Notes: generated by a model from the sequence alone, not told the origin. A stretch of 64,000 bases of DNA from an uncultured Candidatus Berkelbacteria bacterium (GCA_903851235.1 CAINNR010000001.1:22432-86431); one strand, 5' to 3'; positions 17,754 to 27,529 are shown, counted from the stretch's first letter. Translations and numbers: made by a program.

Positions 17754-17813
17754 ACAACCTTATGAGCGAATCAGAAACATAGCTGAACATATTGAACTTA
17801 AATAATTTTACAT

Positions 17814-17981
17814 ATGCACACAAGTTTTTCCAAAGGGACGACAATTTGGATTAAATTTAAAACCAACGAAACGACTGTTGGCAAATTTTCTGATCACAAA
17901 AGTGGCAAAATTCTGCTTGAAGACGGCCGAATTATTTTGATCCGCGATATTAGCGCCGTTTCCATCCGCAAGCTGAAATAG
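17814..17981 (+). CDS. possible 55-aa ORF
   Basis: ATG ORF with no clear SD. Low support. Confidence 0.2.
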   Translation: MHTSFSKGTTIWIKFKTNETTVGKFSDHKSGKILLEDGRIILIRDISAVSIRKLK

Positions 17982-18190
17982 TTATTTTGGTCGATATTAA
18001 CGGTACGAGATTATTATCGACCAACGAGATATTTTCGACAATTATCAATATTATTAATGTGGGCGTTCTGGAAACACTCTTTTAACCTGGCAAAAAACTT
18101 ATGAGCTTTGCCCACCATCTGTATGAATACCGCCCGGGCAGCAGCGATTGGTTGGGCAGATAAGATTTTTTCTTTAGACTGGATAGTTAT

Positions 18191-18223
18191 AAAAAATTCG
18201 CCTGGCGTCGATACGCGCAGGCG
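18191..18223 (-). terminator. intrinsic terminator of the lipoprotein gene (minus strand)
   Basis: CGCCTG...CAGGCG hairpin, followed on the minus strand by AATTTTTT. Confidence 0.45.
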
Positions 18224-18243
18224 GTTGTTCTATTTATGCTGAA

Positions 18244-19293
18244 TTACGACACCTTGAGGATCTCTTGTTCACTTCTATCGAGCATTTGCCAGACTTCCTT
18301 GCCTATACCTGAAGCGCGATCCTTGAAGATAGCGCCGCCGACGGTCATGAAGGCTTTTGATCCTTCCTTATCGCCGAGGTAGTAGACAAGTGCACCGGCA
18401 AGCGTCTGCTTGACAACTACCATGTCTAGGGGCTTCTCCTTGTTGATCAGGAGTTTATGAAGAGCCTTGGCTCCATTCATCGCCTCGATCGTTCGGCCGG
18501 CTTCTTGCTGTTGGCCGATGAAGTTAACCAGTAAGCGAATTCCGCTGCTCATCATACTGGTGGCGCTCAGTGCGCCTTCGCTGGTCTTGGACAGGTCTTC
18601 GGCTTTAGTGAAGATGGTAGCTGCTGCCGTTTCGACTTCGCTGGAGTGAGCGTATGGGAAGTACTCGAGGATTGCCAGGGCGGTCAGACTTGTTCTACCA
18701 GTTCCCGGGTCGATGAGGTTGCCTAGGACTTCTTGGAGATTCAGCCCCAAAATGTCGTTGTTCTCATTGATTTTGTCCTCGTCCTTTGGTAGGCGGGCGG
18801 ACATTTCGCGAACGTCGTCGAGCATTGCCCCTTGAGCTTTGAAGATGGTGGCGACATTGGTATCGAAACTGTGACCCTTAGATAATTCAGCCATACCGTC
18901 CATCATATTCTTGGCCAATGTATTTTGGGTCGCAGGAAGGCCGAAGTGGGTCGCGGAATCGAGGTCATCAAAAGCCGACCGCAGACTTACCAGATTCAAG
19001 GCGCAAAGTGCACGCAGGTACAAACCCTTAGGGTTGGTCGGATTCAGTGCAACATAGCCTGCCGTCTTGGCATAGGCCAGTTTGTCCTGACTTCCCCCGC
19101 CTTCCTTCGCCATAGCGATGAGATGAACCGCTTCAGTAAGTTCGTCAGGGAGGTTGGTTTCGAACTTGGCTGAAGTCGGCGTGGCCGCGACCTGATTGGT
19201 ACTTTCGTCGGATTTCGCCTTCGGCTGCTTAGAGCAGCCAACCAACAGACATGTGAACAAGACCAAAATGGCGAGTATAACGTGAGTCTTCAT
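18244..19293 (-). CDS. lipoprotein, GC-rich (about 50%), probably horizontally acquired
   Basis: Signal peptide with lipobox LLVGC, then a mostly helical 330-aa domain. GC and codon usage differ strongly from neighbouring genes. Confidence 0.7.
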   Translation of the reverse strand: MKTHVILAILVLFTCLLVGCSKQPKAKSDESTNQVAATPTSAKFETNLPDELTEAVHLIAMAKEGGGSQDKLAYAKTAGYVALNPTNPKGLYLRALCALNLVSLRSAFDDLDSATHFGLPATQNTLAKNMMDGMAELSKGHSFDTNVATIFKAQGAMLDDVREMSARLPKDEDKINENNDILGLNLQEVLGNLIDPGTGRTSLTALAILEYFPYAHSSEVETAAATIFTKAEDLSKTSEGALSATSMMSSGIRLLVNFIGQQQEAGRTIEAMNGAKALHKLLINKEKPLDMVVVKQTLAGALVYYLGDKEGSKAFMTVGGAIFKDRASGIGKEVWQMLDRSEQEILKVS

Positions 19294-19475
19294 TTCAGCG
19301 TCCCTCTCTTTTCAGTAGTCGGCATGGTATATGCCTCCTTATACTGCTGATAGCAGCTTACATTTTTTGGGCCAAAAAGTCAATGATTTCAACGGGTGGC
19401 CTCGCTATTGCTCGTTTGCAGGTTTGACACAGGTCAAAACAGCCTTCGTTTAGCGGTAAAAATATTAACAGATCA

Positions 19476-19508
19476 ATAAAAAACAGGCTGGCAATTATGC
19501 TAGCCTGT
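19476..19508 (-). terminator. intrinsic terminator (minus strand)
   Basis: CAGGCTGGC/GCTAGCCTG hairpin, followed on the minus strand by TTTTTT. Confidence 0.55.
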
Positions 19509-19528
19509 GGATTTAACTTCTGTAAACT

Positions 19529-19849
19529 TTAGCACACTAGTTCATCTATTGATCGGAAGCTGCGAATGACTGTTGCATGGCCATCATCGACTTTCAAATC
19601 AACACCAAAGTCGGTTTTTTTAAACGAAATTGTGCTCCTCGAGTCTCCTCCGATCGTCGCAGTCCCATTCTTGCGAAATTCTTCGATAGCCTTCCGATAG
19701 TCAGCCAGTGATACATGAAAGTTAAAGAAATATTGACTTTCGGGATCATCCGGATCCCAAGCGCTACCATATGTTGCTACAACCTGTTCACCGACCTGTT
19801 CAAGTTTGAAACTCCCATCATTGAAATTACCCTGCTGAAAAATAACCAT
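19529..19849 (-). CDS. hypothetical small protein, GC-rich (possibly VOC/glyoxalase-like fold)
   Basis: 106-aa ORF at ~48% GC. Family assignment uncertain. Confidence 0.5.
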   Translation of the reverse strand: MVIFQQGNFNDGSFKLEQVGEQVVATYGSAWDPDDPESQYFFNFHVSLADYRKAIEEFRKNGTATIGGDSRSTISFKKTDFGVDLKVDDGHATVIRSFRSIDELVC

Positions 19850-19981
19850 CAGTCGCTCAGCTCCTTGTCGTGCAAGATGTTGTTGACAATAGTCTATACC
19901 AAACTAAGAAATAATACAATAATGATGCCGGATAAACTGTTTTTGTTTCACATTAGACGCGGTTTGTGCTAAAATAATATA

Positions 19982-20371
19982 GTGACGACAAATTTGAAAG
20001 CCAAATTATTCTTTTTGGTTTCCGTTAGCGTTTTTGCGTTTGCGGCTCTGATTTTAGCGTTATTCAATTATAATCCATACAAAGCCGACATTTCCGTTTT
20101 TGTACTGTTTTACTTGTCCTTTTGGATGACAGTTTGTGGCATTTTAACCGCCATTTTGCTCTTTGCCCGCTCAAGATTTGCTGAGAAGCTATTATCGGCA
20201 ACATTTTGGCCAACGCTCCGGCTTTCAGCCATTATTTCACTGGCGCTTACGGTCTTGCTTTGTTTAGATGGCCTTAAAATTCTTGACCTTTGGGTCGGCG
20301 TTCCATTAACAATCGCAATTTTAATGCTTGAACTGTTTTTCCGTGGCAATAAATTTAGAAAAACTACATGA
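19982..20371 (+). CDS. hypothetical membrane protein (4 TM helices)
   Basis: GTG-start hydrophobic ORF overlapping the pheS start by 4 nt. Confidence 0.45.
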   Translation: MTTNLKAKLFFLVSVSVFAFAALILALFNYNPYKADISVFVLFYLSFWMTVCGILTAILLFARSRFAEKLLSATFWPTLRLSAIISLALTVLLCLDGLKILDLWVGVPLTIAILMLELFFRGNKFRKTT

Positions 20372-21048
20372 TGAAAGGCAATTTACATCCGATAACAACT
20401 TTGGTTCGCGAAGCTATAGCCGCTTTTGCCGCTTTGGGTTTTGAGGTTTTTGACGGTCCGGAAGTTGACAGCGAGTGGTACAATTTTGACGCCCTTCGTG
20501 TGCCAACCGATCATCCGGCGCGCGATATGCAAGACACTTTCTGGCTAACCGATGGTCGGGTTTTGCGGACTCAAACTTCCAATGGCCAAGTGCGATATGG
20601 TGAAAAGCACAAACCGCCATTTCGGATAATCTCTCCCGGCCAAATTTATCGCAACGAAGCAACTGATTTCAAACATGAAGCGGCAATTTATCAGCTTGAA
20701 GGCTTGTATGTTGATAGAAATGTTGTTGTCGGTCAGCTGTTCTACATATTAAAATACTTCTTTCAGAAAGTTTATGGCCAGGATGTCGAAATAAAGTTCA
20801 CACCGAGTTTCTTCCCCTTTGTCGAGCCGGGTTTCGAAGTCAGCGCCAAATTTAATGGCAAGTGGCTTGAGCTTTTGGGCGCCGGCATGGTCCATCCAAC
20901 GGTGATAAAAAATATGGGTCTCGATCCGGAGAAGTTTAGCGGTTTTGCTTTCGGTATGGGAATTGACCGGCTGGTAATGCTAAAGTACGGCATTGAAGAC
21001 ATACGGCTTTTGCGATCGGGAGACCTACGATTTCTTAAGCAATTTTAA
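20368..21048 (+). CDS. pheS: phenylalanine--tRNA ligase alpha subunit, catalytic core only (226 aa)
   Basis: Class II motifs (HPARDMQDTFW, FRxE, GxGxGxDR). The usual N-terminal ~100-aa domain is absent. Confidence 0.9.
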   Translation: MMKGNLHPITTLVREAIAAFAALGFEVFDGPEVDSEWYNFDALRVPTDHPARDMQDTFWLTDGRVLRTQTSNGQVRYGEKHKPPFRIISPGQIYRNEATDFKHEAAIYQLEGLYVDRNVVVGQLFYILKYFFQKVYGQDVEIKFTPSFFPFVEPGFEVSAKFNGKWLELLGAGMVHPTVIKNMGLDPEKFSGFAFGMGIDRLVMLKYGIEDIRLLRSGDLRFLKQF

Positions 21049-21067
21049 CAAAAATGGATGACGAATT

Positions 21068-23326
21068 ATGAAAGTTTTGAAGAGTTGGTTAAAAGATTAT
21101 ATCTCAAATGAAATATCAGACGAGCGGCTGGTGGAGATTTTGTCGTTGGCCGGGCTGGAAGTCGATGAAGTTACATTTGGTATTGATGAAAATGTAATTG
21201 TCGGGAAAATTGTTGAGATTGCAAAACATCCCAATGCCGACAAATTACAAATTGCGATAGTTGACAGTGGTCAAGACAAAATTCAAATTGTTTGCGGTGC
21301 ACCGAATATAAAGGTTGGTCAATTGGTGCCGCTGGCACTGCCGGGAAGCAAACTGCCGGCTGGCGAAATTTCTGTCAGCAAAATTCGCGGAGTTGAATCT
21401 TTCGGCATGCTCTGCGCTAAAGATGAACTTGGTCTCGGTGACGACCACAAAGGAATCTTTATTTTATCAAAGGGCTACGAAGTTGGTAAATCGCTGGCAG
21501 AATATATTAATTCCGACACGGTTATCGATTTGGACATTACCGCCAACCGCGGCGATTGTCTATCGCACATTGGTGTTGCCAGAGAAATTGCCGCTTTTGA
21601 AAATATCTCGGTCCGAAAAGAGCCGGTTACACTTTCAAAAACCGTATCCAACCACTCGTCAACAATGATTTCGGTTGAAATTGATGCGCCGGATCTTTGT
21701 CCGACCTATATGACTCGGGTAATCGGCGGTGTCAAGATTGGTCCGTCGCCAAAGTGGTTGCAAGATCGCTTGTTGGCCTGCGGCGCCAAACCGATTAATA
21801 ATGTTGTTGATGTTACAAATTATATTATGCTTGATTTGGGTCAACCGATGCACGCTTTTGATTTGAATAAAATCGCTGAGTCAAAAATTATAGTTCGTGT
21901 TGCGAAAAACAAGGAATCAATTCTTACACTTGATGGCGTTGAAAGAAAACTATCAGCGGAGACTTTGGTTATCGCCGATAAGAAAAATCCGATTGCCGTT
22001 GCCGGAATAATGGGTGGTAAAAATTCCGAAGTTGACGACGATACCGAAACTATTGTTTTAGAGGCAGCGGAGTTCGACTCAAAATCAATCCGAAAGAGCG
22101 CCAAGTCATTGAATTTATCAACCGAAGCCAGTTATCGCTTTGAACGCGGTATCGACTCAGGAGCAATTGAATACGCAATAAATAAGGCGGCAAATTTGAT
22201 TGTCGAAACAGCCGGCGGTAAAATTTTTCAAGGAATAGTTCAGGCCGGCGAAAAAGTCAAGAGAGTTGAGATTCCTTTTGATTATAAAAAGATCACCCAA
22301 CTTTTAGGCTACGAAATTTCGGAAACGGAAATTGATCACATTCTTCGGCATTTGGGTTTCACAATCACTGGTAAAGTTGCTACCGCGCCGTCTTGGCGTC
22401 ATGACATTTCAATTTGGCAGGATTTGGCCGAAGAAGTCGGTAGGGTTATAGGCTACGATAAAATTTCAGCAGTAACATTACCAAAAGTCGCGTCGGCGCC
22501 CAAAACTGATTACTATTTTACCGAAAGCATCAAGGATAAATTGATTAACTTTGGCTTTACCGAAGTGATAAATTATCCCTTTCTTTCAGAAGCCGACGTT
22601 GCAGTCGCGCAACTTAAAATCGTTAATCTACTGGAAGTCGCCAATCCGATGCAGGCAGAAAACAAATATCTCCGACCGTCGCTTGTAACCGGTCTATTGA
22701 AAAATGTCGCTCACAATCCGTCATTTGATTCAATCCAAATATTTGAGGTTGGACATGTCTATGATAAAAAAGAGGAAACTGTTAATTTGGCAATTGCCAG
22801 TGCCGGAAAATCTACTGAAGCCCATAAAGAAAATATCGACAAGATTCTACTCCTGATCGGCGACCAGAAAATTGTAAAAACATTCGAATTTACTCGCGAT
22901 GATTTACAAAAATATAAAATAAAAAAGCCGACAGTCCTTATTAGTGAAATTAATCTGTCAAAAATTTTGGCTGGTAAAAAAATAGATCAAAATATTAATT
23001 TGTCAGTTGAAAAAAATAATATTATTTATCGCGGCGTTTCAAAATTTCCAGCTCTGACTCGCGACTTGGCTTTCATCGTCGATAAAAAACTCGAAGCCAA
23101 AAAAATCTCTGATGAAATTTATTCAATCTCAGAGCTGATCAACAGAGTTGAACTTTTCGACGAATTTTTATCCGATAAATTTGGCGCCGGCAAAAAAAAT
23201 CTCGCCTACCACATCTACCTGCAATCGCCGGAGAGAACATTAAATGACCAAGGTGTGGAAAATATTATCAAGGAAATAATTTTGTCAATTGAGAAAAAAT
23301 TCAACGCTAAACTACGAAAGGTCTAA
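21068..23326 (+). CDS. pheT: phenylalanine--tRNA ligase beta subunit
   Basis: 752-aa protein with tRNA-binding, B3/B4, B5 and anticodon-binding-like regions. Confidence 0.93.
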   Translation: MKVLKSWLKDYISNEISDERLVEILSLAGLEVDEVTFGIDENVIVGKIVEIAKHPNADKLQIAIVDSGQDKIQIVCGAPNIKVGQLVPLALPGSKLPAGEISVSKIRGVESFGMLCAKDELGLGDDHKGIFILSKGYEVGKSLAEYINSDTVIDLDITANRGDCLSHIGVAREIAAFENISVRKEPVTLSKTVSNHSSTMISVEIDAPDLCPTYMTRVIGGVKIGPSPKWLQDRLLACGAKPINNVVDVTNYIMLDLGQPMHAFDLNKIAESKIIVRVAKNKESILTLDGVERKLSAETLVIADKKNPIAVAGIMGGKNSEVDDDTETIVLEAAEFDSKSIRKSAKSLNLSTEASYRFERGIDSGAIEYAINKAANLIVETAGGKIFQGIVQAGEKVKRVEIPFDYKKITQLLGYEISETEIDHILRHLGFTITGKVATAPSWRHDISIWQDLAEEVGRVIGYDKISAVTLPKVASAPKTDYYFTESIKDKLINFGFTEVINYPFLSEADVAVAQLKIVNLLEVANPMQAENKYLRPSLVTGLLKNVAHNPSFDSIQIFEVGHVYDKKEETVNLAIASAGKSTEAHKENIDKILLLIGDQKIVKTFEFTRDDLQKYKIKKPTVLISEINLSKILAGKKIDQNINLSVEKNNIIYRGVSKFPALTRDLAFIVDKKLEAKKISDEIYSISELINRVELFDEFLSDKFGAGKKNLAYHIYLQSPERTLNDQGVENIIKEIILSIEKKFNAKLRKV

Positions 23327-23327
23327 A

Positions 23328-24761
23328 ATGAAAAGAACTTTTATCAAAGAAACGGTTTCAAAAATCGGTCAGGAAGTTCTGATTTCCGGCTGGGTTAACA
23401 CCCGCCGCGATCACGGAAAAATTGTTTTTTTTGATATGCGAGACATGACCGGTCAGCTCCAGGTTGTTTTTGTTCCCGGGTCGCTTGCCTATGACAAAAT
23501 AACTGACGTCCGACCGGAGTGGGTTTTATCGGTTAGGGGGAATATCAATGCCAGACCGGAGAAAATGGTCAACAAGGATTTCCCGACCGGAACGGTAGAG
23601 ATGGATGCGATTGATATTGAAGTATTAAATCCGGCAAAAACGCCACCATTTGAAGTTGACAAAGACACATCAAAAATTGAAGAAGAGTTGCGTCTAAAAT
23701 ATCGCTACTTGGATTTGCGAAGTGTTCGAATGGCGAAAAATATTACACTACGTCATGACGTGATTAAATTTATTCGCCAATATTTATACCAGGAAAATTT
23801 TCGAGAAATTGAGACTCCTTATTTGACCAAATCAACACCGGAAGGCGCCAGAGAATATATTGTCCCGGCCAGACTTTACCCCGGCGAATTTTATGTGCTG
23901 CCGCAAAGCCCGCAACAGTTTAAACAACTTTTGATGGTCGGTGGAATTGAACGCTACTTTCAAATTGCTCGTTGTTTTCGCGATGAAGACCAAAGAGGGG
24001 ATCGTCAGCCGGAGTTTACTCAACTCGATATCGAGATGAGTTTTGTCGAACAGGAAGATATTTTGTCATTGGTTGAAGACATGATAATTAAACTGGTGGA
24101 AAAAATAACTCCGGAAAACAAAATTTTGCACAAACCATTTCCGCGCGTAACCTATGCCGAATCGATGGAAAAATATGGCAGTGATAAACCGGATTTGCGA
24201 CAGGACAAAAATGATAAAAACGAATTGGCGTTCACATGGATTATAGATGCGCCACTATTTAAATATTCAAAATCGGAGAAGAAATTGGTCTCTTCACATC
24301 ATCCGTTTACCATGCCACAGAAGGAAGATATTAAAAAATTGGATAGCAAACCTGAAGAAGTTCGGGCCTATGCCTACGATTTGGTTCTAAACGGTTTTGA
24401 AGTTGCCGGTGGATCGATTAGAATTCATAAACGCGATATTCAGGACAAGATATTTGATTTACTTGGTGTTTCCGCCGAGGAGAAGCAGCGTCGTTTTGGT
24501 CATATGTTGGAAGCTTTTGACTATGGGGCACCACCACACGGTGGAATTGCGCCGGGGATTGATAGATTAGTCGCAATTCTGGCCGGCGAAAGTGTTATCC
24601 GCGAAGTTATGGCCTTTCCAAAAACCGGTGATGCCAGAGACGTTATGATGGGCGCTCCCTCGGCTGTATCGGAGCAGCAATTAAAAGATGTTCATATATT
24701 ACTAGCAGAAGAAGCTAAAGGTAAAGCGCTAAAACGCGCAGAAACTCAAACAAATGATTAA
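23328..24761 (+). CDS. aspS: aspartate--tRNA ligase, bacterial-type but lacking the GAD insertion domain
   Basis: OB anticodon-binding domain and class II motifs 1-3. The segment between YGSDKPDLR and HHPFTMP is about 20 aa, against roughly 130 aa in a GAD-containing bacterial AspRS. Confidence 0.93.
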   Translation: MKRTFIKETVSKIGQEVLISGWVNTRRDHGKIVFFDMRDMTGQLQVVFVPGSLAYDKITDVRPEWVLSVRGNINARPEKMVNKDFPTGTVEMDAIDIEVLNPAKTPPFEVDKDTSKIEEELRLKYRYLDLRSVRMAKNITLRHDVIKFIRQYLYQENFREIETPYLTKSTPEGAREYIVPARLYPGEFYVLPQSPQQFKQLLMVGGIERYFQIARCFRDEDQRGDRQPEFTQLDIEMSFVEQEDILSLVEDMIIKLVEKITPENKILHKPFPRVTYAESMEKYGSDKPDLRQDKNDKNELAFTWIIDAPLFKYSKSEKKLVSSHHPFTMPQKEDIKKLDSKPEEVRAYAYDLVLNGFEVAGGSIRIHKRDIQDKIFDLLGVSAEEKQRRFGHMLEAFDYGAPPHGGIAPGIDRLVAILAGESVIREVMAFPKTGDARDVMMGAPSAVSEQQLKDVHILLAEEAKGKALKRAETQTND

Positions 24762-25452
24762 AATTCGATTGAACAAATTTCTGTCTCAGGCCGGCATTGC
24801 CTCACGTCGGCATGCTGATGACTTGATAAAATCCGGTAAAGTAGCTGTTAACTCCAAAAACGCTAAAACCGGTGAACAGGTCGATGTTGAAAAAGATAAA
24901 GTTATTGTTGCCGGCAAAGAGGTAAAATTACCGAATAAATTCGATTACTTCGCTTTTTATAAACCGAGCGGTTTTATTACTTCGTCGTCGGACGAGCAGG
25001 GCGAATCGATAAAAAAGTTTTTACCCAAAGTTACCAGATTATTTTCAGTCGGTCGATTGGATAAGGAAACCGAGGGGCTTCTAATCTTGACCAATGACGG
25101 AGATTTTGCCAATGAGTTGTCCCATCCGAAATATACCAAAGTAAAGGTTTATGATTTGGAATACGGTGGCAAACCGACAAACATTGGTAAAGAGGGGATA
25201 ATTCGCCAGTTTTTAAAGGGCATAATGCACAACGGTAAAAGATATTATGTCGATAAAGCAAAATTTGTTGCAGATAATAAATTGGAAGTCACACTCCATC
25301 AAGGCAGAAGTCGTCAGTTACGAATTATGGCAGGGAAGATTGGTCTTGAAGTCTTAAACTTAAAACGAATTCAAATTGGAAAATTGAAGCTTTCGTCACT
25401 GAAATTGTCTCCGGGTAATTTAGTTCGGATCAGTAAAGACGACGTTCTATGA
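24754..25452 (+). CDS. RsuA/RluB-family pseudouridine synthase
   Basis: S4 domain followed by a GRLDKETEGLLILTNDG catalytic Asp motif. Confidence 0.85.
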   Translation: MIKIRLNKFLSQAGIASRRHADDLIKSGKVAVNSKNAKTGEQVDVEKDKVIVAGKEVKLPNKFDYFAFYKPSGFITSSSDEQGESIKKFLPKVTRLFSVGRLDKETEGLLILTNDGDFANELSHPKYTKVKVYDLEYGGKPTNIGKEGIIRQFLKGIMHNGKRYYVDKAKFVADNKLEVTLHQGRSRQLRIMAGKIGLEVLNLKRIQIGKLKLSSLKLSPGNLVRISKDDVL

Positions 25453-26414
25453 TTGCCAAACCGTTAATTATCCTGTCCCTGATTTGTAATTTGATTGGTT
25501 TTAACATGTCCGCTGCCAAAACCGATCAGAAATTAGCCGATTATTCGGCTCGTGAAAACTCGGTAGCTGTTTCGGCTTCCGACACAACTATAAAGATTCC
25601 CGCCATTTTAGATTTACCGACAATTAAAATCGGCAGCAAATCGCCAAGTATTTTAACAAAGGAATATATTTTAGTTGATGGCGACAAGGGAACAGTTTTT
25701 GCGAAAAAAAATTCCACTACCCATGTGCCGATTGCCTCGACAACAAAAATAATGTCATCAATTATCGCTCTGGAGAATTATCAACTTAGCGATGTGGTCA
25801 CTGTTTCTGCAAAAGCGCCACAACAAATTCCAACTGTTGTAAATTTACGAGTTGGAGAAAAAATCACAGTTTCAGAATTGCTTCATTGCATGCTTATCCA
25901 ATCCGGAAATGATTCGGCCTACGCTGTTGGAGCGTTTATGGACCCATCAGGGAGTGACAGCGATTACCAGCCGTTTGTCGACAAAATGAATGCTAAAGCC
26001 AAAGAATTAGGTATGACAAACACACACTATATGGATCCGGCCGGTTTGAATGACAGCGGATATTCGTCAGCAACAGATTTGGCAACAATCACTCGATATG
26101 CTTTGCAAAACCCGACATTTAGAAATATTGTTGACACCCAAAATTATGTCGCTACCAACACGACGAAAACAATTTTTCACCCATTGGTTAACTCAAATCG
26201 CTTAGTTACCACATATCAATATCCGGGCGCGATCGGTGTTAAAACCGGTTTTACCGATGCCGCCAGTCACTGTTTGGTTGGTGCGGCGACACAAAATTAT
26301 CGAACGCTAATTGCAATTATCCTTGGTACTTACTCAAACACAGCATCAGCGTCTGCTGATGAAGCGAGAAAACTACTCGACTGGGGATTTACCAATGTGG
26401 TTTGGCCTAGTTAA
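25449..26414 (+). CDS. D-alanyl-D-alanine carboxypeptidase (PBP5/6-type serine peptidase)
   Basis: Signal/anchor sequence. STTK, SGN and KTG motifs. Confidence 0.85.
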   Translation: MIAKPLIILSLICNLIGFNMSAAKTDQKLADYSARENSVAVSASDTTIKIPAILDLPTIKIGSKSPSILTKEYILVDGDKGTVFAKKNSTTHVPIASTTKIMSSIIALENYQLSDVVTVSAKAPQQIPTVVNLRVGEKITVSELLHCMLIQSGNDSAYAVGAFMDPSGSDSDYQPFVDKMNAKAKELGMTNTHYMDPAGLNDSGYSSATDLATITRYALQNPTFRNIVDTQNYVATNTTKTIFHPLVNSNRLVTTYQYPGAIGVKTGFTDAASHCLVGAATQNYRTLIAIILGTYSNTASASADEARKLLDWGFTNVVWPS

Positions 26415-27099
26415 AGAGTTCATTGTTTTCTAAGGCGTTGGCGGCGGCAGAAATTTGAGCTTTCTGCTTTGAATTTCCACTTCCTTCGCCAATTTTATTT
26501 TTGCCGACAAAAACGGCGACTACAAATTTTTTATTGTGATCAGGACCGGTTTCAACAACTGTCTCGTAAGTTGGCGTAATTAAGAACTTCTCCTGCGCCA
26601 ATTCCTGAAGGTGAGATTTTGCATCAATAAAATGATGATTTTGAAGGATATCCTCGAGCTTATATAGTATATGATCGGCAACAAATTTTTTGACAACTTC
26701 AAAACCAAGGTCCAAGTAGATTGCACCCAGGAGCGCCTCAAATGCATTGGCCAAAATTAGGTCCCTGGCTTTGCCGGCATTTTTCGATTCGCCGCGAGAA
26801 ACTTTTAGATACTCTTCAAGACCGATATTTTTCGCTTCGGCTGAAAGTGATTCACCCTTTACCAAGGCACTACGCCATGCGGTCATTTCGCCCTCGGGGC
26901 GATCAAATTCGGCAAAAAGGTATTCAGTCACTGCCAATTCTAAAACGGCGTCGCCTAAAAATTCAAGACGTTCATTGTGAGACAAGCCGGAGCTGCGATG
27001 CTCGTTAATATATGATCGGTGAATAAAAACCTGCTCTAAAATTGCAGGATTATTGAAATGCAAACCAAGTTTATCAGCTAATATTTTTGGATCAGCCAT
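26407..27099 (-). CDS. rnc: ribonuclease III
   Basis: ERLEFLGDAVLELAV signature and a dsRBD. Confidence 0.93.
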   Translation of the reverse strand: MADPKILADKLGLHFNNPAILEQVFIHRSYINEHRSSGLSHNERLEFLGDAVLELAVTEYLFAEFDRPEGEMTAWRSALVKGESLSAEAKNIGLEEYLKVSRGESKNAGKARDLILANAFEALLGAIYLDLGFEVVKKFVADHILYKLEDILQNHHFIDAKSHLQELAQEKFLITPTYETVVETGPDHNKKFVVAVFVGKNKIGEGSGNSKQKAQISAAANALENNELFN

Positions 27100-27529
27100 T
27101 TTTGGTTACTTCCTTTTTCTTTATCTCACTTTCGTGATTAGTATATATTGAGCCGAGAACACCATTAATAAATTTCCCTGAGTTAGTGTTGCCGAATTGT
27201 TTTGCCAACTCGATCGCTTCGTTAATGGAGACTCGTGGTGGAACATCATCAGAGTAGAGCAATTCGAAAATTGCAATCTCGAGAATTGATTTATCAACTA
27301 CTGAAATTTGTTCAATTGGCCATTCAGGCGCGTTAACTTCAATTTCCTTATCCAATTCAGCTTTATGCTGTCTGACGCCGAGAATTTCAGATTTAACAAA
27401 ATCTTTGTCAATGTCGTCAATAAATTCTGTTATTGAACGTTCGAGAATCTCCGTTAGATCGGCTTCCGGTCGGAAATTCCACTCATAAATTGCTTGCATC
27501 GCAACCATTCGTGATAAATGTCGATTCAT
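27092..27529 (-). CDS. nusB: transcription antitermination factor NusB
   Basis: NusB fold sequence. Overlaps the rnc start. Confidence 0.9.
   Translation of the reverse strand: MNRHLSRMVAMQAIYEWNFRPEADLTEILERSITEFIDDIDKDFVKSEILGVRQHKAELDKEIEVNAPEWPIEQISVVDKSILEIAIFELLYSDDVPPRVSINEAIELAKQFGNTNSGKFINGVLGSIYTNHESEIKKKEVTKNG

Noticed and set aside
23289-23327. N-terminal extension of aspS overlapping the end of pheT
   Set aside because: The ATG at 23328 immediately follows the pheT stop and starts the conserved anticodon-binding domain.
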